A stretch of DNA of 64,000 nt from Trichoplax adhaerens. Taxonomy: Eukaryota; Animalia; Placozoa. The notes under the pieces are model-generated. The model worked only from the letters and a program-made list of their open reading frames with translations. It had not been told where the DNA came from and did no database searches. Below, in pieces: positions 14,241 to 27,635 of this stretch. Numbering within the stretch: the stretch's first letter is position 1; each line of letters opens with the position of its first letter. Both the position numbers and the translations under genes were made by a program. The stretch spans positions 797,503 to 861,502 of the forward strand of contig NW_002060951.1 of the NCBI RefSeq assembly GCF_000150275.1, written 5' to 3'.

Positions 14241-17200
14241 ATTAGCAACTGGCGAGTTAGTGGAGCTTTTCCTTTAACGATTGGAGTAAAGAAGCACAAA
14301 AAATTCAGAAACCAGTTAATTTTTATTTTACTGGTGTGAGCAAGATATCTGCTGATTAGATCTTACAGAATAAGACTAAATAAATTTCTGATCTGATAAA
14401 CTACAAGAATCTCACTCATATTCCAATACAAGCAATAAATCAACCAAGAAAGACCAAAATATTGTACAACATATTGAATGATTCAAATTTAAATACGACC
14501 CGACCCCTCTTTCTTAAAATGATATTACGGTCATAGTAATAATATCTTGCCATCATCTTGTATATTATTAACTCTTTATAAATCAGGTCAAATACCAATA
14601 TAAACTAGAGAAACATCGCGTTTTCCAATTTTCCTGATCATAGCACCTACTTCGCAGTGGGCTTTAATCAAAATATGAAAACACGCCCGACAATAAGAAT
14701 ATCATACTTAACGATTATTTCCGTATCTTCTTACCAATCTTATCTTTAATTAAAACTATTAAAGATTACTTGCTAGATGCTCTATGTTTCTAATTAAATA
14801 ATTCAATAGCTTTTGTATTCTAATATATAGAAGCACAAATAAAACGAGCCGGTACTATTGCACTGCAATAGTAATAGTGTAGGAAAGCTGTTTATTTAAT
14901 ACCATGATCTACGATAAAGGCATATTCTGAAATCTTTAATCTTATTGCTTAATATGTAGCTAGTTTCTAGAACGATCAAAAACTACCGTATTACTTTTCC
15001 TTAGGGATTCAGTTAAAATTATAAAATTGGAAAGAGCTCGACTTAGTGCTATAGCAACTTTAGAATAAACACTACCAGAAAATGATTCTTATTCAACATC
15101 ATGATATGCCATAATGACAAGTTTTTTATCCTGTAATTATGATTTGTTAATTCAAGCTAAGGGGATAGAGAGCTGTTATTTTCTTTGAATTTAGCTATTA
15201 ATTACCCAATCGAATACTATACAATCATGAAAGTAGATAAAAAATGGAAAATTGATTAAAAATGCAGCACTAGATCAAGCTAAAATGACAAAGGCTTCAT
15301 CTCAATTATAGGACCAATAACTGCATTCTTAAAACAATCAAGATTGGCAATTTTTATCATTTTTTTCATGAGTTATCATCTTATGTATGTAATACTATAA
15401 CTCTATTACAAATTACTCTCGATCGGACAGCATAGGATCACAAAAGTAAATGATGTAAGAAACAATTATTATTTAACACCATGGAAAGCTTGAAATAGTA
15501 AAGATTTCAATCTTATAAATATGATCTGCCAGTTCATTCTTAAAACGAAGATATTTCACTACTCTTAGCATTTTCTAGGTAGTTGCTGGGTATCATTTTA
15601 TGTATCTTTTATCAATAGAAGACTAGAAATTACGGTACGCCCGATCCGGCATCTCAGAATCATTAAAGTAAATAATATTGGAAAAGGATTTTTATTCACA
15701 GCATAACACATTAATGATAGTATGAACTTCTTTTCTATGGTTATCACAAAGAACCTCGCTGTAAAATAATGAAGATTTGTTGTCTTCACCTTTTTCTTGC
15801 GATAATTATTATCTTTCAGGAATTTTATGTAGATATGGATTGCATCGATTTTATTTGTTATCATTCATTATTTAATTATCTAATTTTTAACATTGCTACA
15901 ACATTGCTACTCATCGAACCGCCCTAATACTGTATGTCAGCGTGCATGCTAAGAGATATAACTTACGAGTTTGCTATAATATCGTCGTTTCTCTCCTATA
16001 TGATCTACTGTACTAGACTCAATTAACATGGGATTGGATCTAAACCTATTCTATTTTAAGCCTATCGATGAAATCATCTATTTCGTATTACCCTCTACAA
16101 GTAATGATCGTATTTGACCTGAAAGGCATGGAGTAAAGGTAAGTACCCTAAATTCAAGTTCATTCTATACAGAAGCACACCCTTAACACTATCAATTTCC
16201 ACATTGATAGCTTAAGAGTCACTCTTGAATAAATTTTTATCAAATTGTAACTAGCAGTACTATCAGCCCGTAGCCAAAGTAAGATTTTTTAACAAGTACT
16301 AATTACTTTTATAATCTATGTTGAACAACGCTCGCGATCAGAATTATTAATTCAAATCTTCTTGATGAGACAAACTGATCTACCCTATCAATGATCTAGA
16401 CTTTATAACTGGCGTTACTTATAAATAATTATCAACAACAACTGTCATTAAAGTAGGTATGATCATCTGATATTCATAGATAATTTTGAAGTCAGTCATC
16501 AATCTAGCAATCTACTTATTTTTGCGCAAGGTGTCCATTAAGGTAATATAAGTTAATACGAGTAATACTTGATTCATTAATAACTTAGAATCGATTTACT
16601 TGACTCGTTTGCATCAACTAATTAATCAATTCGGCTGCTTAAGTATTATATCACTTGGATTTCTGTAATAATGACAGTAAGAAATAATCGAGTCAACTTG
16701 TTAGCTCGCACCTCACGCATTAAATAAATGAAACAGCCTACTCATTTTACAGTAGAGCAAGAGTCAACATATCACGGATTCAATACTTGAACAAATTTTA
16801 GTTGAATATTCCTTAAAACCCATTGGCTAACCTGTTGAATCAATCATGGAACGATGTAATCGCAAAAATAAGAATATGAGTCGACAATTAAAAATTGGGA
16901 CGGTTAGCTATCAAGTACAGTAAAGCAATTTTAGCTTACTGGCTTCTGCCTATACGTTCAATCATACTTAAAATCAATCGGATTTAGAACAATGTACTTA
17001 TTTTAAGATAAGAATCATCAAGACTAACGGTTTAATAAACCTTGATTCAAAATAGCCTTAGAATCCCATTCGTTTTAAACTAACTCAAAGTATTGGTCAG
17101 CCTTTCTCGATGATTTAAAATTATCATGATCAGATATTAAATTATATCATTTTAACTCAATTTGGATTTTCTTCTGCTACATTCAACGACTACAATTCTT

Positions 17201-20200
17201 AATTTAGATGTCTACTTTGGAACCAGCATACCTTGAATTCTCCAGAATTAATAGATCGTGACGATAAATATCAGGAAAAGGCGTAGATCAACTTTGTTCT
17301 TGGTATTCTAATAAAGGCTAATGGAATTGTAAATACATATATCAAGATACCAATCTAATCCAATGCTCCGATTTCTCGATTTGGTTTAAGCGAAGCTACT
17401 GTAGAAGCATGGAAATTGCTATAGATATTTATATATGCCGCTAAGCAGTTTGTGAAAAGTTATTCATGCTAATTAGACATTAATGAGAAAGAGGGAAGAG
17501 TCCTAGTCTTTGTCTGTCTTTTAGCTAATTACTATGCAATGTTCTATCAGTCATTTTCTGCTTAAGGTTGGGCAACCAAACAATACTGAATGCTTATTTT
17601 GAATAACATAATTACTCATCAATAAAGGCAAACAATATGCCACAAGAATAGCGCCTGTTAGCGACGGTAAATTGAGTTCTTTCTATATGGTCTAAATTGG
17701 CAAGCTCTACTATTATCCTTGAATAAAGGAGTGGCCTCGAATATAATACTGTGGAAAATGATCCATAAATGAATCTACTATCATCGTAACAACAGTTGCT
17801 TATGATGATAAATGATATTCTAAAGTACTTTTAAGTCGATCTGATCAACGCGTACGATTTGTATCCTTACTTTTAAGTCAAATGATGGATACCCTCTTAC
17901 ATCAGAATGTACTATTGTATGTTTTAACTTTCATTTAACATGGCATGATGATTGATAGAAAATTAATAAGAGATGTTGGTCTGTAATCTAAGTGTCAGTA
18001 GTTAATAGATGTTCGATACACTGATGCGTCCAATGAAAAGTCATCGAGTCGTAGACAAAACTAGTAGTCAGATGGAATATTCTTAACATCCTTGTAGACT
18101 AACGTCATGAAATCCCTTAATTCTATTTATCGGTTAGGGAGAGCTGTAACTGATAGTTAAAAGTATGTAGGAAGTTAATGAATCAATTTCAGCTTCCTCG
18201 CGCCTTTGATAATCATTTTAGGCATGGACAACAAATTTGTTTGTCGTACTAAGTCAGCAATTCGCTTCTTGCTGTAGTTTTAGATATAACGTATGTAAAG
18301 TTGGACTGTGATATCGTATTTGTTCCATTGAAAGTTGTATTAGCGGAAAGAAAAGCTAACTGGTCAGAGTGGCAGTTGAATAGATCTACACTCCTTAATA
18401 CTCACAATACATCAATAACTAGATATACTACTGTATATAGTGTAATGCTGTAGTTCTATTTCGATTAGAGTATGATAGAATTAGGTGGAATTGAATTTAA
18501 AATATTGCTCATAGAGAATTAGAAGCTATTACAAAGACGCAATACTACTAGTTATTTGCCGGGATTACAAAATTTGTAATATATTAGCCGATAGTTAACA
18601 TTTACTTATGGCTGTAGTACCCTCTAAAATTAGTAATCCTGTCGATTTTAATATGCAAAACACAGGATAATTCATGAAATTATTCCCGCATTGTATCGAT
18701 ACTGAATGAGCTTTTATATTCTGGGGTCTCCATATTAATGTCGCCAATTAATCTACTATCAATGAGATCAAGTTTTCTCGCCTTGCTAGGATTCTTACGT
18801 GAGTACATTGCCCTTTTATTCGTTTAAGTGATATTAATAAAAAATCTGCGTGCGTCGTTATGATCTCAAACTTAAATAGCTGTTTAAGGATGATTTAGGA
18901 TTTTAAAATATCTATGAGTTAGTCAATAGCTCTGTAGAATATGAATTGTTATGATACCCCGATATTTGCAATAGTAAGATTGCATTTAAATATTCAATTA
19001 CTGTAGTCATCTAGTCAGCAAAGATCAATTTTGAATTTAATTGAAGATCTTAATAAGCAGCATAAAATAGAAAGCACGCTATTAGCATTCTTACTCTTTA
19101 TACGTATTCCACTTCATATTCATACAATTACAGTATTATTTGCTGAGGAATATTTACCCTGATGCAGACTTACCATAATGCTATATCTTGTAAATGGTTA
19201 ATCCTACTTTAGGAATACTCGCATACTCACAGAAATTAATTCTAGTCTTATGTGTAATGTAAGGAAAAGGTTTATTACCGTAAGATCTGAAATCAACACT
19301 GGAATAACTGTATCATGTAAACATAATATACAATTGTTATATTGAGCAAGTCGACAGGCCGAAAGGTTTCAACCCGCTCGACAGTAGTGCAAATCTAATG
19401 TAGATCGTAAGCATAAATATAAAGCAAAAATGAAAGCAAGCAAAGATAAATGTTCAATTTATGCACTGGCTTTATACTATCTAATTACGTTATAAGATAC
19501 CAATTTATTTCACTGCCACGTATTAATAGTTTTAGGCTTTCTGACTGATTTAGAGAATATCCAAGCCGAAATATAATTTCTATAAAGACTGTACTACGCT
19601 TTTCCCAGTTAACCAGTAAATCACCAGATGAAAGCGAAATCAATGAGCGGTAGTAATGTCTTTACGTCATTAAAGTATTTTGTCATCTGAGAATATCTTA
19701 AGTGCTTGAGCTGATACTATTATGATGCAGCACCTATATTTAGCAGTTACATGATAGCTATACAAGATTCCTTATTCCAACATCATCACATTAATATTAC
19801 AGCGTTTCTTTCTTTATTTCTCTCTATCTTTAACGGGTAACAGTACTACGTAATCATTTATTATTGGAGATAGTAACAAAATCTTAGAAACGCATTACGG
19901 GGACTTACAATTAGTATTAGTAGTACAAGTAGATTGCTTCGCATAACATCTAGCTTAAACCTATAATAAAAATTTGATTCTTTAATTACACATTATTACA
20001 GTATTGCCAAAAGCGACAACCCTCTGATAAATCACATACGGGAAATCGTATTAATATACCGTTTTATATATCAATGTAAATATTCACATATTCTCATATT
20101 TATAAATGTTTCGGACTGTAGCTGCAACACTCTAAATAGCACTATACTTTTGATTCCATAACGCAGACTATACTTCATTGTAGATACAACAGAATGAGTT

Positions 20201-20463
20201 ATAATATTAGTGGATATTAAGATTATATCTATTCGGTTACGGCTTGTACGATGTACTGTAACCCTTATGGCTGAACCTGTAAGTGTTAGTATTACTACTA
20301 GATACTATCGAATACTGAATTCATTTCTTTAATAATTTGATGTTCCAATCAGGCCTACTACGAAAGAATTTAAATTACCATACAATACGGAATAGTCTTG
20401 GAAAGTCCCATATGCAAACTTTTTATCATAATTCTGCCACTGTTTCATCACCACAGCAAATGC

Positions 20464-23400
20464 TTATACTGTTGTTACTTTCCGGCGATCGCGTAGACGG
20501 GGTAAATATTCGTTAATAAAGAAAGCTATAGTCCCCCTTCTTCCACTCTATAATTGTTAAAATGAATTAAAATCACCATTATACGAACAACTTCGTACCT
20601 TGCAGCGAAAATAAACACTTTAACAATAAATATCTTTGCAATAATTATTACATTGCACGATTATACACAAGCTCGCAAAAATGTTACAGTATTATTTTAA
20701 CCTTACAAAATCGTATTTCATTCCAATATATTATAATTCTACTTCTACTTTACTAAATGATGACTATGCAGCAATAAGTCGCAATATTAAGCTTACCTTT
20801 TTCAATAACTTTTTGTCTGCCTCATCCATATACCAATTTGTTGTTCCAACATGGTGAGTATTAATTCCAATTGTTCTATGTACATCCACACCCTTTCAAT
20901 GTAAATTTATAAATCACATAACATATAACCATACAAATTACTATTATATAATTTTTTAAGAAGTCAATATTTTACTACGAGGTATCTAAATTCTTTCATA
21001 ACCAACCTTTACAAATCTCCTTTTAGAACTCATTGCTAGTGTGTCCTATTTTTTCAATTATAGTATTTGATATTAACTTAGTCTATCAAATCGTAAATTG
21101 GTTCTACATAAACATAAAAAGTATATCTTACCAATAACGATGACACGTATTCAGAGGGTTTGGTTATGTTGACCCGCTCAAACCCAAGATGACCAGTCCT
21201 CAAATTTACACCAACAGAACGAAAATATCCAAGAATCTCATTCAGATCAACCTATAGTATTAATGCAGCTAATGTTACCTTCATTGACACTGCAGTACAC
21301 TAATGCCTATATTGAAGTATTTATATTTTAATCGTTCTTACAAATTTCTCAAGGCTTTAGTATAAGGTAACAAATATCAACAAAGCTTTTAAGCATGTAT
21401 ACAGTAAATCTTTAACATCTATTGTAATAAATGAATGTAAACTATTATGTGCACTATGCAGTAAGCCAGTAATTAAAATTGTTTTATCGCTCTATCAATT
21501 ATTCCTTTAATCTTTACCCTATTATCATTGTTCGGATTAATTTTTTTCATGAAGTCAACTTCACCACCCCGACGCAGTAGTTTCGACTTTGCAGTATTGT
21601 CTAAATTCTATTTACAATTTTAAACATTAATAAACATCTAGACTAAAAACCAACATTATGTAGTAATATCATTCTCTAATCCAAAAGTAGGTAACCCTTA
21701 AAATTTCTTGTACATCTTCCAGGCGATAATACGATGGTCTATTTCCATCAGTTACAGCGTATTTATCTAATTCCTGCATAAAATTAAAATACCATTACTT
21801 CTAATGCGGAAATGTTCGAAAACAGAATTTAGCAAAAATATAAAGCTAACAAAATCAGTAAAACACTGGGTAAGGCTATCACGTAAACAGAAAACGTGCA
21901 AGTACAGTGATACTAATTGTCAGTAAGACCTAATGGCAGCATGGGCATACTTGAAAGTCAGACGTGAGTATAGAGCATTCTTCTCGATCACAGCGACAGT
22001 TTACTTAGTATTGCATGCATATAGCAAAATCTGCTAGTTATCAACATTATTAGTGTATGTAGTAATTAACTATAATTGTAAGTGTAAAGTACTACAGTAC
22101 TATTGCAAAAATTATAAAGTTGATATGAAATAGTTAAAAAATAACGGCTTTTTGGTTGAAAATACTCGTAAAGTCTACGAAATGTTACAATCGCTTCGCA
22201 TTAAGACTATCATAAAGTAGTAATGTCATACATTCCATACAGTCTAGCAAGTGTTACAATAATTGCATAATGAATACCGTCATAAAACGTTCAAATTCTC
22301 GAAGTAAATCCTGTCGATCTGAATGAGAAACCTGAATGGATTTCCTAGTTTGTTTTAGCAAATTGTAATTGAGCTCCAATTAATATATTTTCTCGATAAA
22401 GGGAAAAAGAGTATGATTCTGCGGCATAAATCTGTATTGTGCTTAGAGTGCCAGTTGCCAACAATTTAACAACCGCTAAATTCCTATATACTTGCCTGCC
22501 CTTTTTCTGGGATAGTTTCGTTTGAAATTCCTTACTCAAATGATAATTTACCCAATTCCTAACCGATTGCTTAGGCATAGAGGGGTTATTCTCTTTGCAC
22601 CGATGAAATAACGAAGCTTCTCTTTCTATTAATTTTTTTGCAAATATTTCCGCTTCATTCGCTGAATACTACGGTAAGAAGCATGTTATAATAAAACGAT
22701 TAATACTCTTTATAATGTTGTAACATTTATTGGCGATATCATCTCAATATAATACAATTGTGATACAGCCATTCCGAAGATGCAATTTAATAGCAGGCTT
22801 AGATTGTACAGTTACACTAGTAATAAGTCATGAATACGTACGTAATCGATAGAATAAGCAAATTTCACAAGAAATTTATTCGGTATTTATTAACTTACTA
22901 ATAGTAGCCCTAATGTTTTCCAGTTGCATTCTGTCCCAAATCTGGCAGCGTCATCATATAATTCATCAATTCTCGTATGGAATGGTCTAAGTTTTTTAAC
23001 GAAATGATTTTTCTCTTCTAAGGAAAGCCACCATCCTAAACAAGTAATTGTACAGTAATTATGAAAAAGGCTTTGATACAGCGTACAAAACACACTATAG
23101 CTGAAGAACAAATTACTTCTAACGGGAATAGCTTACCATCTTAATTACGTACAGTAGAATAATAGCCATCTTATTGTTTTATATGAAAGTAGAACATCTT
23201 TACTTTATAGGCTTTACAGAAGTTACTACTGTATGTTATTGTCTATTTACAGTAGGTTGTTCTATTTTTAAAATCGAAATTTGAAATTTTTCTAACGTGT
23301 ATTATCGTATATTTTCGAAAAATTATTTAGAAAAGCGACAAGTATAGTACATGTTATTTTTTCGTAAGATTAACTACATATCGATTTAAATAATACGTTT

Positions 23401-26114
23401 GGAACACCGTAATAATAATTACAAATTAAGAAAGTTTACCGTCGAAAACGTGTATTGGATAGTTACACACTAAGCCACCATCAACGTAAATATCTTTCCT
23501 AGATGAACCCTTTTCCCATCCACCACATATACAGCAACAACACCAACAACGAATGCATTTACACGATTTTTCGGATATATCACTTTCATCATAATCTTCT
23601 CTAGGATAACGCATTCTTGCAAAGTAGACTGTAACAACAAGTACGCGTATATAGTCAATTCAAATCTCCTTAGCATTAAGGATTAGTTCCACTTCTCTTA
23701 TAAAAATATCGGTATGAGTACGAGCTACATGTATACTAAAATAATTACTAGTCTAGGGGCAAAACTGTAACAACACTAGACAAAGGTAAACTTTGATACA
23801 GAAAAAATTTAACAGGACTCACAAGGAAGAGACATTGACATTCTGACTGCTTTATAAATTTCCATGTTTGGCGTAGTTTTTGCGTGTAGATAATCTGCAG
23901 ATAGCCGATTTAAGTTTGTTGAGACGATACATAGTTCGGTATCATTACGTTCCAATAGCTAAAGATCAATACGTATACCGGTAAGTATCAAGTGTAGCCG
24001 CGTTAAATAAAATATGATTACAACTACTACATGAATACGCTCATTTCGTTACTATCAATTTCATTAAATAGTTATAGCCATCAACCTGAGCGAAAGTGAT
24101 ATCTGAGTCGATATTCAGTTCTTTAAACCTTTGTCTGAACCAGCGCTCAATTCTTCGCCCGGGATTCCAACCAAATTTGGTGATTAAATTGGGCAGCAAG
24201 CTACAGCAACCTAATGCATGATCTAGACTCGATAATATTTGGTTAACAACTGTTAGTATAGATGTTTAGCCTTGTTCAACGTAAGTATTGAATTTTAGTC
24301 TAATCTATATGCATCTAATAACAAGAGTTAGTCAAGTTGTATTTTGAATACAGCATTTTATTATGAAAGATATTAGTTTTAACTTCAGTGGATACCTTCT
24401 AAGATACCCTTAATATTTTGATTGAGTAAATAATCAATATCTTTTAGTTTCAATCCTATTGCAAGGAGAGAAGCAAGCATTGCACCAGCACTAGCTCCAG
24501 CTATCCGTTTAATCCTTCTGTTGCCATTGGCATCCGTTAGTATTCCTAATTCTTGTAGAACCTAATTGCAAATTGTCAATGCAAACATAATGAATAGCAT
24601 TGTAGAACTAAGAAAGGGTTCAGTTCATTAGTTTATTTGCATAGTATGGTAAATTGATCACTTTGATGCGTAGTATATTTTAATGGAGTTGAAGGATATT
24701 TACAGTATCGCTATAGGCTGGCTGTACTTTATTTACTGTAATTTATAAATGACTTTAACTTAGCCATTTGAATCAATCTACTATCCCTTTGTGCTAATTT
24801 TATATTTAAAATTTCTGATATAGAATTCGCTATACTGTATATGCACACTGTTTTATATGACTAATTGCAAGACATACTGTAGCTGCTGTAATACCATAAC
24901 GGGATTCATGTCCATTTTATGGGCTAGATTTACTATTTCTCTGTATTCCTTATACTATAATTCCAGTCATCATTTCTATTCTTTTCGGGGATTTCAATCA
25001 TGTAGGAGAACGTCATTTTAATATGATCAACTCAGTACAGTTCCTGTCATAGTTATCGAGCGTAACTACTATCATTCGGCTTACTTGTAATGCTCCGATA
25101 TAGGCGATACCCTTAACACCACCGCCTTCAAAAACCAAATTTTCGATTTCATCTTCCTCAGTTAATCGTCCTTCCTCTCTTAAAGTTTGCAATTCACTTT
25201 TAATATGATTTATTAATCCCAATTCTTCTGGATCGAAGCCAACGCTCTCTTCACTATAATGAATGAATTGATGTCAATTTAGCACCATGTTGCACGATCT
25301 GAACCTTAATATCGATGGGTACTCATGTTGTGAAATTTCAATTTGAAAAGATTGTCTGACTGTCATTCGATACGGCTGTACGTATGTTGTACTGTATTCT
25401 CGAAAGATGTTTACTGTAATGTATTTGTTGATAATAAGATTACTTCAACTTTGTACCACTAGAATTGAATTGACTCATTGTAATCCTCTTGATCGGCATG
25501 GTAACTGTGACTGATTGACGGAATGAATCCATGCTTGTCTAGAGTCTTCTCCAACCATTGGTACACTTGTGTGCAGTATGATGGATGTCTTACATAATAT
25601 GAATTCATGATTAAAACATTATTCTTATTTCAGTCGTACTGTAGATTTCTACGCTGTCATGGTCACTCTCTGCTGTGATAATACGTATACGCGTCGAGGA
25701 TAGGGTCGTTTATTCATTTTCATTTCACTTGATTGCTTTCCTTGGCTGTATTATTCATACATGCTCTTTCTACCTACAATATCTGCTTGATTGATACAGT
25801 AGAAAGAATTCCTGATCTGCAGTAAATTGACCAATGTCCTCAACTGTATAGGAAATCCTTGCACATCCGCGTCCACTTATTTCACACTTGCGTCTGACGA
25901 AAATTCACCTCTTATAGAGCACAAAAATGTTACTGTTGTACTGTACTGTACTGTTCACTTGCAGTTGCTGTATTGGCAAATTGTCTTCTTGTTATTATTT
26001 CAACAAAATGTTGATGGAGAAGGCACTAAATATTATTATGTTGCCTTCTATCGACAACGAATCATTGCAATGAGATGGCAAAACTTACCTCCTAGGGGAA
26101 CGATTACGATTCAT
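20464..26114 (-). CDS. Patatin-like phospholipase B (tandem paralog of A) with poly-Cys insert and one EF-hand-like loop; first exon either 26114-26089 or 25532-25444, then 25253-~25085, ~24561-24397, ~24222-24086, ~23958-23824, ~23628-23440, ~23036-22899, 22668-22496, 22344-~22279, ~21774-21697, 21607-21518, ~21251-21132, ~21045-21007, ~20892-20798, ~20548-20464
   Basis: ENLVFEGGGVKGIAYIGAL, AGASAGAML, AVRMSMSLP, YVDGGLVCNYPIHVFDGWWLS, RTIGINT, SGRRGTIAF...KVTTV*. Intron positions are largely shared with paralog A. Confidence 0.88.
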
Positions 26115-27280
26115 CTTGATTCCTTGATCACAAGCGAATTGGCACACTAATCTACTGGATCATATTAGGTTCAAGTAACTTAATCCAATTGCAATGGCAG
26201 CCAGTGGACCCAATTAAAAGCGGTACTGAAACGTTCCAACTGGCACACAATCGTAAACGCTTGAAGCCAATGGTTGAAACGCTACTCCGCCAAAGTGACG
26301 CGTCTTGGAGTCAATAGTAGCTGTAATTGAATTACCATTTTAGCTGCAGCATCGGACGAGTACAGTATACTGTATGTAGCAGAGTCAAATTGCAATACGA
26401 AACACTGCCATCCAATACAACCCTAGTCACTGGCATCACTTTCTTTCTCTTTCTAAGAATGATGACGCAAGAGTCATTATCTTGATGACAATAACAATCG
26501 CGTTTCGCCACTCATTTGCTTTTAATATTTGAGTTATTGAACTATGGTCGCACATAGTCGCACACGTGCTGGGATAAATTCGAGCATGCGCGGAGATGCC
26601 ACCATTTTGCCTGAAAGGCCCGCTTTACTCACAGTACTGTGTACTGTACAGTGTACATAGTGTACAGTATAGTACTGTACAGTACGTACTGTAGACTATA
26701 GAGGTTAAAAAACATCTGTGTTTTTGACCAATAGGAGAATTTTTAATGTTGAACAGCTTTTAGTATAGAGAAAATAGAAGGAATTTCATACACATCACTC
26801 TACAGTACTGTATTTCTGTTTTACCAGATTTGCAGTCATTTCCTCTCTGAGCAACTGCAGTTTTATCTTCCTACACTGTACAATATTCATGAGTGTACAA
26901 TTCAGCCATATTGATATCGATACTCAGCGTAAGTACAGTATAATACTGGACGTACAATCGTATTTTGCTTGTCTGGTCCAGTATTTTAGTAACAACCCAC
27001 ATGCCTACGGCCCACTATCTTCTGAAAAGCATACTACAATATTTTAGCATAGCCCATAGCATGAAATTCTCGCCCTTTTCTATACTATACTCTACCGTAT
27101 ATACAGTACTGTATGATTGAAAGATATCAACATAGCAGGGCCTAGTGTACAATAACTGTACTTTAATGCCTTCCAAAACAGCAACGATATCCTGAACTAT
27201 GACCAGATCCAGACCCCCAGTAGTTTTACAGTATATCAGACTTTGAACTTTAACCATTCCTCCCTCTGGTCTCTAGTTTC

Positions 27281-27329
27281 ATTGCTAAAAAGTTTACAGT
27301 AGACTCTCTACTGTAAACTTTTTAGCAAT
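27281..27329. repeat. Perfect 23-bp inverted repeat with 3-nt loop
   Basis: attgctaaaaagtttacagtaga-ctc-tctactgtaaactttttagcaat. Confidence 0.95.
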
Positions 27330-27525
27330 AAAATTGAAATGAATTATTATTAATTATCAAAGACCTTGGCTAGACCTGTCAGAGATTCGGTTATCAAGAT
27401 CATTTAGTAGTTTATGACTGTGCATTAGATCCAACTATGCAGTACAGTACAGTAGTTGGTTTCGCTAATCTGCACTCTCACAGTCAGGCCTCGAAACGGG
27501 CATACTGTACTCAGTAGAGTCGTTA

Positions 27526-27635
27526 AATGGAGTGAAAAGTAACCCGAACCCAATGGAATTGTTGATTTTCTATCCCCAAATGAGTGCAATCGCTATACAA
27601 ACACTGTATCACCATAGAATTTCTGAAGTCGAATT
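27526..27635 (+). repeat. Dispersed ~110-bp repeat, copy 2
   Basis: aatggagtgaaaagtaacccgaacccaatggaattgttgattttctatccccaaatgagtgcaatcgctatacaaacactgt; shares an identical ~30-nt core with copy 1. Confidence 0.85.

Noticed and set aside
19348-19383. GC-richer GNRA hairpin gtcgacaggccgaaaggtttcaacccgctcgac
   Set aside because: Too short; no ncRNA family features recognisable.
26607-26622. Histone stem-loop-like ggcctttcaggc on the minus strand
   Set aside because: Only a 4-bp stem with 3-nt loop, and no histone gene nearby.
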